Shown piece after piece: positions 1 through 11,487 of a stretch of 63,742 nucleotides of DNA. This DNA is from Lama glama (Eukaryota). Both the position numbers and the translations under genes were made by a program. The notes under the pieces were generated by a model. It did no database searches. It had not been told where the DNA came from and worked only from the letters and a program-made list of their open reading frames with translations. Location: assembly GCA_028534125.1 (NCBI GenBank), contig CM052816.1, positions 77,068,001-77,131,742 on the forward strand, written 5' to 3'. How positions within the stretch are numbered: the stretch's first letter is position 1; every line of letters begins with the position of its first letter.

Positions 1-957
1 CAGTCTGGTTGAGGGTGGAGCTCAGAGTCAGACAGCCCAGCCCGGTGTGAGCCACGGTCACAGCTCAGTCACTGGCTGGCAGGGCAGTTAAACTCCTTCT
101 CCTCATCTGCATGTCCTCATCTAGCCAGTGAGGAGACTAATGGAACTTCTGCACGCAGGGAGGATTAAAGAGAACACCGTGAGCCCTGGGAGCTTGTCTG
201 GCACATGCTACACACTCAGTAAATGGGAACCGCTCTGGTACTCCTGTTAGGTCTCGGCTGTTCATTAACTTGGCCAACCGGGCAAGTCTCCCCAATCTAT
301 GGCCCAGGCTGCGTCAGGTAGACCGGGCAACAGCGTAATACTTTATTACCTGGAATTGGAAGGAGATGAAAGCAGGGCTGGGCCGTTCAACCTCCTGAGG
401 TCTATTTGAGGTCTTAGACATAGTTATTTGGGAGAAAAGCTCCATGAATATTGAGGGAACGACCCCTGAGAGCATGACGGGAAGTTTGCTGTCGCTGGAT
501 CAATGACTCAACAATAGTGATTTAAGGTTCCAAATATCATTACATTTCCAAACACAGCCCAAGGCTGTCTGGTATGAGATCAGGGCTTTCCTCAGCAGGA
601 ACACTACTGTTTGTCCCTAATCCTGAATTAGAAGTCTATATTAATTGACACGCCCCAGATCCAATGGGAATCCAGCAATACCAGTAGCTTAAAAACCATT
701 TTCACAAAATCAAAGATGAGAAAGAAAATGTCCAGTAGAAATATCTCGGATGGCAAATATTTAAGGTAGACGTCTTGCTACTCACATCTCATAAGGCATT
801 TAATTCAGATTTGTTTCGTCTTTTAAAGATGGTTCCCAGCCTCTGCTGTAATACTTTCCTCTTAGTTTTTGGTACAACCAAAAGTTCTCCAGGAAGCCCA
901 CCCACCTCCTGTGAGTGAGTTCAGACCCTTGGTTAGACGGCAGAGAGGTGCACATAC

Positions 958-1111
958 CAGCTTCAGCGGTGACGAATTTCTGACTTATCGATCCGCTCCA
1001 TTTCCAGAAGTGGTTGGCATCCGCACAGCGTACTCGGGCCGTATATTCTGTGTCCGGCTCCAGTTCACTTAAGAGGTACTCACCATTCTCCTTGATGGAA
1101 ACATTGTGTTG
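958..1111 (-). CDS. OSMR: OSMR exon 9 ([51 protein letters not shown])
   Basis: Hand translation; boundaries caag|CAA ... GCT G|gtatgt; 154 nt; FNIII LEPDTEY/RVRC pattern. Confidence 0.94.
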
Positions 1112-1421
1112 CTTGATTTAAAAAAAAAGAAAAGGAAAAAGAAGACAGAAGTACTGGTGAGCATACTTTATTTAAAGCCAAACCACACATGGAACGTCCT
1201 GATTTGGAGGAAGACTAGTTATTAGAGAGGAAAAAAAAAAACCTCTGAGGCCTTCTTCCTGACTCTTAAAATTGATGATTCATTTCCTGGACCTTTTTCA
1301 CAGATGACCCACACCATCTGAACCCACACAGGAAAAAGAGTTTAAAGAGATTGCATTCAGCAGCCTTTCTGTTCAAACATAAAGAAATTTTTGAAAATAG
1401 AAAATTAAGAAGTATTCTTAC

Positions 1422-1564
1422 TTGTATCACGTTTCCTTCACCAAGGAGATCAAGCTGACACAAAAGTGTGGAGTAATTCCCAATGGGGTGCACCTTCCAG
1501 GTCACGGTGGCCTTTGTGCCACTGACATTTTTGAGGAATAAGTTATAGGGAGTCTTTGGATGAA
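1422..1564 (-). CDS. OSMR: OSMR exon 8 (VHPKTPYNLFLKNVSGTKATVTWKVHPIGNYSTLLCQLDLLGEGNVIQ)
   Basis: Lies inside ORF 1266..1571; boundaries gcag|TT ... CAA|gtaaga; 143 nt. Confidence 0.95.
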
Positions 1565-2829
1565 CTGCCAAAAAAGGTTAAAACATAAAAAAAATTTAAG
1601 CACAGATCCCAAAAGACTTTGGCAAACAGACAATTCATTTCTTCCTTGATTTATTGAATTAGCATTTTTTTTGTTTATTGTTAGAGAAAGTGACAAACAA
1701 AAGCAGACTCACAGCCAAGACCGAGTAAGCCAACTATAGCCTTGTGTCTCCTCACTGATTATATTAGAAATCTGAACAAAATATAAAAAGAAACTGAGAT
1801 TCTTAAAATTAAACAAAAGCAGGCAGATTGTAGAACGGAGTCAAAATGTGGAGAAGTGATCCTCAAAGAGAATATAACAGAAGCCAGAGTCTAACCAAAA
1901 TAACCCTTAACAATGTGAAGGGTACAGTCCAAAATGAACTGACATACCAAAAAAAGAAAATGGCACCAATTTCCATGGGAAAAGACAGACGTCAACCTTG
2001 AGATGACCCATGCATCAAGATACTTCCCTTAAGATGCTACAAGTATTAGATGAAGACTTTAAAACAGATAAATGAGGTAAAAGTAAATACATCTGAAAAG
2101 AACATAAGGAAAACACTTCTCCATAGAGAAATAGAAACTATTAAAAAAAAAAAAAAGAACCAAGTGGCAATTTTAGAATCAAAAAAATTAAAAATTTTTG
2201 AAATAAAAAATCTTCTGTCTTACCCGCTTGCACAGGTGCTGTGTGGCCACTGCCTACTGCCTCAGTCTCCTTCCTCTCGCAGGAGAGACACAAGGGCACT
2301 CTTTCTGTCCCTCAAACACCCAGAGCATGTTCACATCCCAAGACCTTTTCAAGTCCTATTTCTTTTGCTGCCAACGCTCTTCCCCTAGATATTTTTTGCA
2401 TCAACACCTTCATCTTAACTGAAGTAGCACCCCAGGCATTCTCTACCCGCTTACCTGAACTTTATCTTCTTGGTAGGACTCAGCAATGCGTATTAACTTG
2501 TTTACACGTTTACCGTGTGTCTCCACTCCCCGCTCCCAACCCTCTTCCTCAACAACACCAGCACATACGCTCATTAGGGGAAGGTACTCAAATTCTGTTC
2601 ACTGCTGGGCCTCCAGTGTCTGCCACACTGGGGGCACCCGGTAATTAACTGACTGACTGAAGTGATGATTAAGTTGAAATCAGAATGATGTGCAGGAATT
2701 AAGAAGGTAAAAGGAGAAGGAGGAGCAGAAAAAATGAACTGTTAAAAGATTCTGCATTTCATGAAAGAGGGGTTGTGGTCAAAACACTGAAGCAGTATTC
2801 AGCTTAAGGGATGTGTAGCTCAAAACTAT

Positions 2830-3480
2830 CATGAAGTACCACTTTACACTCATTCAACTGACAAAAACGAAAAGGGTGACAATATCAACTTGAGGGAATG
2901 TACTGGTACAACCACTTTGGAAATTAATTTGTCATTATCTTCTAAGTTGAACATTCACATTTTCTGAGTTCTCACCAATTCCACTCAGGTATAAAGGTGT
3001 ATACACAAGAAAACCAATTTTGGTGTGTACTGAATACATCTATAAAAACACTCTTATTAACACCGTATCCAAGCACATGATCCTTGATACAATCTGAAAA
3101 TCCATCAGAGGAGATGCAGGAATAAAATACTGTATATTTACATAATGAAATACTCTACAGCAGTGAAAAACAGAAGGACTACAGCCACACTCAGCAGTAT
3201 GAGTAAAAATCAGCAACTTAATATTATGTAAAAAGCAATCACTGGATTATTACATAGAACTTGACATTCTTTGCATACATTAAAACAAAACAAAAACAGT
3301 ATTTGGGGGATGACACAAGAAAGGAGAACACATTTGCACATACACGTACACAGATTTAAATCTGCCATTATCGCAGTGGAAGGAGTGGGCGGGGGCTGTG
3401 GGATGGGAGATGAAATGCGTCATAGTCAGATTTCCAGCTTGAAGCCGAGTAGTAACCTCATGGGCAATTATTACATTATC
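2830..3480 (+). mobile_element. Old LINE-1 3' fragment in OSMR intron 7
   Basis: actggtacaaccactttggaaa...aatgaaatactctacagcagtgaaaaa motifs. Confidence 0.62.
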
Positions 3481-3677
3481 TAAACAAACAAGCGGTGGGG
3501 GCCAGGGGTCATGCTTGCATCCGTGAAGAGAAGCGTGGCATGAACAAGAATTATAAGCTAAAACTGTCACTCAGGATGTGGATTAGGCACAAAGCTACAG
3601 TGGATTTACTTGATCACACGGTGTGTCAAACAAAGGTGTGCTAGTGACCACAGTGGGCTAGGACACGCGAGTCTCAC

Positions 3678-3829
3678 CTCGATGGGTCAGGCTAAAAAGA
3701 ACACTGACACTTCTGTTTCCTAAGGCGTTCTCAGCCATGAGTGTGAAGTTATACATTTCTTGCGAGTCTGAATCTACTTGCCAATTACACGAGTTTTTGT
3801 GTTCACAGAGTATCTTTTTCCCGGAAAAT
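3678..3829 (-). CDS. OSMR: OSMR exon 7 ([50 protein letters not shown])
   Basis: Hand translation; boundaries aag|A ... CGA G|gtgaga; 152 nt; phases fit both neighbouring exons. Confidence 0.95.
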
Positions 3830-4371
3830 CTTTAAAAACAAAACAACACAACAATTTCAGGATTTCCAGTTTTGTCAGTGCAGATGTGTTCCCCTGAATT
3901 CCTCAGGGGACACACTCACTGGCTTTCAAACTGTGTTCCACACTACAGCATCAAACTATGACCAACAAATACCACGGAGGGAAATATTGTTTCAGGAAGT
4001 TTGAGTTTATGTGCATGAATTGCTGACTTCCCATCTCGGGTGGTGAGAACTCTCCTTAATTTACTTTGGATATTCTTAGAAAGTTAGGAATTAGGTTGGT
4101 CTACATCAGGATAGACAACTATTTCCACATCAAGATTCACCATTAACTGTCTTTCTTATCATTTTTACACTACATTTTCTTTTAACAAAACTCAGGTAGA
4201 AAGTACTATACACACTTGTGACCACTTAAAGGTTTCTTCCTGACCGTGGCAGGGTGGTTTGAAAATATTTGTTCAAACTTTTGGCAACATCTAAATGTGG
4301 CGTTTGTTATATTGTCAAAGGCACCTTAAACAAGGAAGAATCTGTCACTCACGGAATCAGAGCTCACTTAC

Positions 4372-4501
4372 GATTCAAATAAAGTGTAGCTTTGGGAAGA
4401 CCGTTTAGGCAAGCTGGTGTCAGTCCCAGGATCCCAAGTACACATCAAAGTCTTGAAGTCTTGAGTTTCACAAGAAAAGTCCTTGGGCTCCTCAAGTACT
4501 T
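4372..4501 (-). CDS. OSMR: OSMR exon 6 ([44 protein letters not shown])
   Basis: Hand translation; boundaries cag|AA ... GAA TC|gtaagt; 130 nt; has the C-x9-C-x-W cytokine receptor signature. Confidence 0.96.
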
Positions 4502-5203
4502 CTGTGCGTACAGAATAAAAACAGATGAAAGATCTAGTTGAAGCCCTTTATTGAAAGACAAGTGAACTGGAAAGCTCTCTTTGGGGTCTGAGGCCACAGA
4601 GGTCTTCGGACCAACGAAAGGCTCACTTCAGCGGAAGCCAACACACCAGCTGCTCCAGAAAGTCACATTGCCAGTGCCTCATCACATTCATCAGTTCTCA
4701 CAACAACCTTACTGCGCCTGATCACAGAGGAGGAGACTTGGGAGAAGCTAGGAAACTTGGCCAAGACGGCACGCCCAGCCGTGGAAAGAAGACTGGAACC
4801 CAGGTCTTCGGGCCACCACCTTGGCTGCCTCTCTGGGGCAGGTCCAACCTGCAGCACCGCACTCCCCCCCAACCCCTCACCCCCATCCTGGGGCAATTCC
4901 AGCACAACTAATGCAAAGCAGGGTATTTTCGCAGTGGTCCAGGTCATGACCTGAACTTTCTCCCCTTTAATACTCTTGGTTTCTAGGAATGAAATTGTCA
5001 GCTAAGCTCAAGAAAACAACAGGAAATCCTTCCTCCAAGTATTGCTTCAGAATCTCTTTTCCAGAGTCTTCCCTAGAAGACTTGGGAAACAAAAGAAAAC
5101 TGAGACCACAAGCAGAAATATTTACTTGTCTTCTGGTAAAAGGAGATTTGATCTGTTCCATAGGAAATGGGAAGGGGGGGGCACAGAGAATGTGTACACT
5201 TAC

Positions 5204-5479
5204 TTGAGACAAAGAGAACGATGCCTTTTATAACGTCTTTTTGGTCCACCTTACAAAAGATATTTGTCCCTGTTTTCCTAATGAAAGAAACCTTATTCAA
5301 CTTGAATGCAGACACATTTGAATCAAGCTGTTCTCCATGGATCTGCTGGCCTTCCAGATAACAGGATATGTTATCCTGTTGGTTCCTAGAAATGTAACAA
5401 ATGGTGACATTGGAGCCTTCCTCCACCAGCTTATCTTTAGGGAAAAGGAACAATGGATCACGTCCAAGTGACTTTTGTG
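5204..5479 (-). CDS. OSMR: OSMR exon 5, Ig-like domain ([32 protein letters not shown]...KGIVLFVS)
   Basis: Lies inside ORF 5073..5555; boundaries gcag|CA ... TCA A|gtaagt; 276 nt. Confidence 0.96.
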
Positions 5480-6232
5480 CTGCAAGGAAAAAACAGACAG
5501 CTCGGTCAGAATTGGCCTCAAAATTCAAACCAGCCCCCTCCTGTCTCACTCTCAACAGATAACTTTGGCTCTTTCTACCTCCTGGAAAAAATAGGAACTA
5601 AATTTCTACAGTAAATCTGTAAACTTCGGTTCACACAAAGCGATGCTTTGTACCATCAGTCCTGTTGTCACAGTAATACGGCGGGTCTCATTCTTACTAC
5701 TGAGATGGCAGCAACACTGCCACCCTGTGGGTGAGTGTATTATTGCCAGGGATCAGTTACGACGGCGGCAGCTGCTCTCTCCTGACCCTAGCCGTGTGGG
5801 CGGCCCTGTGCTAAGTGCTATGTGTAGTCTCTCCTGTCATCCTTACCTTGCCAACCTTACGCAACGGGACAGGCGGGACTGAGCTCAAGTTCCCTCAATC
5901 CAGCAAGTGGTAAATCCACGTTCACACCCACCAGGTCCGCCCAGCTCCAAAGCCACGTGTTCCTCATAATCTCTACATTGTCCTGTAGATCACTCCTAAG
6001 ATGCCGGTCACCTAAATGTCTCCCTTTGCTCCCGTCTCTCCTTCTGGATGGTCCATCAGCAATAAGACCCTCAAGTCTCTTCCCCCGGGCACTCACTGTC
6101 CTCCCCTTGCCTGTCCCCTGCTTCCTCCCCACCCACTCCTCCACAGTAGGCCTCCCCAGGAACTGCCTGTCCTGATCCCCGAAAAATAGTAGACAGTGAA
6201 CCCCTTTACTCTTTTATCGCTTCACTTCTTAC

Positions 6233-6404
6233 CATCTGCTTCCTTCCATGAACTCCAGTTGCTCCAGAACCTCGGCTCTGGAATCTTGGCATCATCCACC
6301 CTACTCCTCATTCTTACAAAGTGGGTCGCACATTCCAAAGGGAGCTCGGATTTCCAGCTCCAATGCAGGACTGGGTCCCGCTTCACAACGGTGCTGTAGT
6401 TCCC
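6233..6404 (-). CDS. OSMR: OSMR exon 4 ([57 protein letters not shown]), first WSxWS motif
   Basis: Hand translation; boundaries tag|GGG ... GAT G|gtaag; 172 nt; contains WSNWS. Confidence 0.96.
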
Positions 6405-9400
6405 CTAGAAATAAAGAGAAACACTTGGACACAGAGCCATGCAGTCCGGGAAAATGGCTTGACTGGACTCATCCTTAAGCCACACTGGACAGTCTACCAT
6501 CACTTCGGGATATGTGCACGTGCCGTCCGTTCCTACCCAGCCAGCTCTGTGCTCTGACAGCCCAGCAAGGAGCCAGCCACAGCCTCCTGCCTTTCAAAAA
6601 CTTGGCTCCCAATCCCTCTGGCCCTCCAACTCCAGGGGCCTCATGTGGAGCAAGTGAGAGAAGCTACTTGAGTCCTGGGGGAAAAGGTCAGAGACAGAAG
6701 GTACACACAGCGCTGGTTACACAGATCTTGCTAAGAAAATTCTTATAAACTAGGCAATTAATTGAGTCACTCTTCTAAAAATAAGCAAGATCAATGAGAA
6801 TTTTTTAATAGTCATCAGATCAAGATGGTCAAATCCCAGGAGAGCTGGGAGCCCTTCATGGTACCCTGAAGTTCTGTTGTCTCCCGGTTGTTCCTCACTA
6901 CTCCCTTGGTTTTGTTTTGTCTCTTGTCTTTTCAGATACGGTAGCCATGAGGACCGCATCCCCTCCCTGGAGCTCCCTCTGTCAGAATTGTTAGTCCCCA
7001 GAGATGTCAACCATGTAGGAATGCCTTGCACTGTGCTCTCGGAAAGCTTGTCCAAGCTGAACTGAAATTTTTTTTGCCTGCACAGATTGTAGTCTTAAGC
7101 TTTCTAAGACTCTGGTATTTTCATTCTTTAATTCAATAAACTTCAACGGCTCCTTTTATACCGCACCCTGTCATCCAAGGCCAATTACAATCTGACTACG
7201 ACCTGCCTCTCCCGAGCGGGACACTTCCCTCCGGACACAGTGGTCTTCCCCACACTTCTGGAAGAGCTTAACGCTCTTACACCTCAGGGTTTGCTTGCAC
7301 CGTGCCCCTGGGTTCACATCCCCCACTCTCCCTCTGGATTAGGAATCTGTCCCAACCTTCAAGCCCCTGTGACGCCTCATCTTCTTCATCAGGCCTTTCC
7401 TGCTCCTTCCTCTGGCTTCCTCTCCCCTCCCCCAAGCCCCCCAGCATCCTGGGAGTAGCTGCTGGCCTTGCATCCGTGGTTGTGTCCCCGACTTGAGCAT
7501 GGCGCCGGGAGAACGGGGACTGAGCTTCATTCTGCTTCATGTGCCCACAGCTCCAGGCACCCGTGCTCCTCGGGGGGGGGGCCTCCAGGGCGCCTGCTTT
7601 CTGTCCCCACAGCTGGGTAATGGGGACAACAAACACCTTGTCCTTCCTGGGGAAAACTGAGTCTGCACCTATGTTTCTAAGGGCCAATGGCAAGGCCTAC
7701 AGTGAAGAGGACAGAGCAACACACACGTCACACGCACCCTGGAGCTGCCCAACTCGGAGGACTTCCCTTCACGGATGCCCTTCCCCTTCCTAGGCCGCCA
7801 AGCTGAAACAGGGCCCTTGGCAGAAGCACACACAGTCCCAGAGGGAGAAAATCTTGGTCCCTGAATGGCATCCACTCACGCGCATCTTTATCCCTCTGCG
7901 CAGACCTCCAATTTGTCAAATGTTTTTGTTGTTTCAGTTTATTGTATTTCTTTACCCCTAGTTTACAAAACCTACTTAACTACAAGTTTTGCAACCCCGA
8001 GCCATGTAACTTTTACTATTTAAAATGAACAGTCTTGGGTATATTTTGTTAAATATTATTTAAGAGCCAATACAAAAAAAAAAAGGAACTATGTCCATAG
8101 CAGTGACCTTGCTCTACTGTCAACAAGGCACGGACTGGATGGCACCTGCTCCATCTCTGGAATTCAGCCACATCTCTTGTCCCCACTGTCACCACCCACT
8201 CCCAGCCCCCTCCTCCAGACTGACCCCACTGCCCGCTTCATACTGGTCAGACTTCACCTCCTCCAGTTCTCCCGATTGCTCTCCACTGTGTGGCCAAAGC
8301 AAGCTTCTTTCAAACTCCCAGCCCCGCCTCGTCACTCCCCTTCTGACTGCTTCCAGGATCGGGAGGGACCCCCAGCGCCCTGCATGGTCCGGGCCATGCC
8401 CCGCCCGCCCCGCCTGCTCCACGCTTTCAGGCCTGAAAGCTCCCGGCCCCTCTCGCTGGGCGCCTCTGCTCACACCAGCTGGATCTTTATGGAACATTCC
8501 TCCCGACCCTCCAGGTTAAATTAGCTTCACATCTTCTTTCCTATTTCATCTCAAACTGCCTACCCTCAACCCTGCAGCACCTTGTCAGCGAGCTGCCGGC
8601 ACTCATCACGCCCAGGACACCCTCGTGTGTCCGACTCCTCGCTCACACTCAGCACTGACAGCCCCAGCCTCGAACAATGCCTGCGCCCAAGCCGACAGTC
8701 TAAAACTCCGTGCTAAATGATGTCAGCTGTTCATTGATATGCAGTGAGCTCTACTTCTCCCAGACCCTGTTTGTGTGGATTCTGTGTAACCACAACTTGT
8801 GCTTTGTGGTCTTTACAGCCCAGTAGTGGAGGAGATAAAACTTCCCTTGAATGCATCAATTCAGCAGTCTTTAAAAATGTGATGAGTTGTGTTTGGGCTG
8901 CTTTCATTCACTGAAGTGGCAAGTTTAATTTGGCCCTGGCAGACATGAGTAAGTCACGAATAACTGGCATTTACACAGAAGTCCAACTGAAGTCCCAGAT
9001 TTGTTCCTGAGGTGTGAGCTGATCCCTCTCTGACTCAGGCTGCAGGCCTCCTTCCAAGCTTGAGCTGTTAACTCTCCACTGCCTTCTCTTGCCATTGATG
9101 GAACCATGAGTGAGTGGCTGGAGAGGCCAAGGGCAAAACCCGGTCCAGGGTGAGACCATGTACCGCATCCTGAGTGGCTGGTGCCATCCGGGAGGCAGCT
9201 CAGGGTCCTTGGTCTAGCTGCTGGCACCTGCTTTTCCTTTGGCTTGTTTGGGAACACAGCAATCTGAGGCGTGAGTCTAGAAAGCTGCTTGTTCTTGGGC
9301 ACAAGTGATGGTGCGTTACAGGGAACGGCCCTATGAACGGGAGGTTACGGTCTAGACAGAAGCAGCCTCTCTCGGCTGGCTGGCTGCCCCTCAGCCGGAG

Positions 9401-11314
9401 GGAAAACTGGGTCTGTCCTCGACTTCAGGCCTGAGGGGAGGGCTCTGTGTGTGTATGGCTGCGGGGAGGCCATCTCGGTTTTTCTTAGGTTCCCCTCTGA
9501 GTGTGCTGTGTGTGTCCTGGACTGTCTTCTCAACTGTGCTGTCAGCTATTCAAGGTCAAAGCTGATTTTTCTTTCCCTGTTCCTAGCATCTGGCATAAGC
9601 AGGTGTGATTCTCTCTTGTCCAATGAATAAATAACAGAAAAAAAAAAGGAGGGGGAAGCAGTACCATAAACCTCTCTGTGCCTCAGTTTTCCCCTGTTGG
9701 GATCAGGCCGGGCTGGGACCCTTGCATGGGGACAACGCAACGGGCAAGGCAAAGCTCTGCTCTCAAACATCTCCAGCCTCAGCGGGGAGGTTCCACCGGC
9801 AGCTCTACCTTGAAAAGAGAACCACTACCCGGATCAAAGGCATAAACAGCTGTCTGCTCAGATGTTGCTAACATTATTTTCTCTACTGTGATAACAGAAA
9901 GAACTGTCTTTCAGAAAAATAAAGAATGGAAGTCACTTGGTCTATGGTTAGCGTTCCTTTCACTCATGGTGTTAAGTGCGAGTTTTCCGTGAATCCCCCC
10001 AGCCCTTCTCTCAAATTTCTTCTCCTTAGATAATTCGTGGCCTCAACATGGCCTTTGCTCAATGATTTACTGGGTCCAAATCAACAACCCATGTGCCCAT
10101 CAACAATACAAAAAATATGAAAATACACATGGTTAGTATGAGTGGGATAGTGCAGAGACGGGCAGATGGTGGAGTGAACAGCTGTCCATAAGCACTGCTG
10201 TTGTTTAAAATCAGGATACTCAACAGCTCCCACTTGGGAAACTGCCCTATGATGGGTGGGATCATAGACAGTTGACAGTCAGAGTTATTTTTAACTTAGG
10301 TTACTCACTCAGATTGCGAACGCAGTGATGGATAAGAAAAGAAACTAGAGGCTTCAGAACTAGTGGCCTTTGTGCCTTGCCAGAGGAATGAACCATCTGG
10401 ATCCCTGCACCCGTGCCTCTACCGCCCAAAGAGGAGTGGCCGTCCACTAGCAAATGGAGGTCCCCAGGAATGACACATGCCTGTGTTTCCTTTCCTACAA
10501 ACAAATTCTCTGTTCTCCTTCAATGAGAAAACATTTCATTGTCCTTCAACACCCCATGGAAATGAATCAACATGATGTGTGCATAGATTATTAAGGTTTC
10601 CCAGACCACAAATAGTAACTGGGAAAAAAAACCACGAAAGTGTCCCAATGCACTAGATGAGGAAGCGTCACGCAAAACAGACACAACAACGATGTTAGCC
10701 AAGACAAGTGAAAAATCATCCCAAGTAACTCAAAGGCAGAAAAAGTGTGAAATTCAGGATTTTCTTAACTTAATTTGTTGTGGAAAAAGTCACAGATGAG
10801 GCAACAAAGGACACTCTAGGTTACTCTCCAAAATGGTCCATGGAGAACCTCTTTGCTGACTAGAACAGAAAATGCTAGAACTTCTTCCCCCTTGCATTTC
10901 AGCACAGTATCAGCAAAGACACTTGCACCACAATGCTGCCCAACTATTACATCTGATTTAGGAAAATCTCTGGGGGAAAGGGAGGAAAGAAAGGAGATAA
11001 ATAAGATGGTTGATCTTCCTAGACTTTTGGAATCCAGTACTCACAAAGACAGCCCCAGCAGCTTTCACTGGGGACAGAGCAGAATTGAGAAAATGATCCA
11101 TTTTCTTAGCACGGCCTAGCCGACCTACCAAACCAAAACTGTCATGTTACTTTGCCCCAGATCCTCATAACTAAAAACATAAAAATGCAATTATTTATAA
11201 CTGTTCTGAGTTGCTAAAATGTTTGCATATTGGGATTGGGGGGATGTTATAAAAGGTATATCACAGTGTCAGAAAAGGATTTTTAAAATACTAAGCCAAA
11301 AGAAAAATACTTAC

Positions 11315-11487
11315 CACCCAGATGACATTGGATGTTTTCATTCTGCTGATCTGTATCTGAAAAAGCATTTTTAATTCCTGGTAATAAGCAAGGCTGTGGA
11401 CACTCCATTGTAAATTCAAATATTGATGTGCAGAATCAATGGAAACGTTCAGTGATTCAGGAGTTAATGGCAAAGGTTCAGCCAAGA
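11315..11487 (-). CDS. OSMR: OSMR exon 3 ([58 protein letters not shown])
   Basis: Overlaps ORF 11291..11485; boundaries cag|TC ... GTG|gtaagt; 173 nt. Confidence 0.96.

Noticed and set aside
1..957. OSMR exon 10
   Set aside because: No sequence resembling APSEAPDVWR on the minus strand here; the next exon must lie outside the window.
2050..2388. 112-aa Lys-rich ORF
   Set aside because: Chimeric read through an A-rich L1 ORF1-like remnant and an L2-like fragment, antisense in OSMR intron 7.
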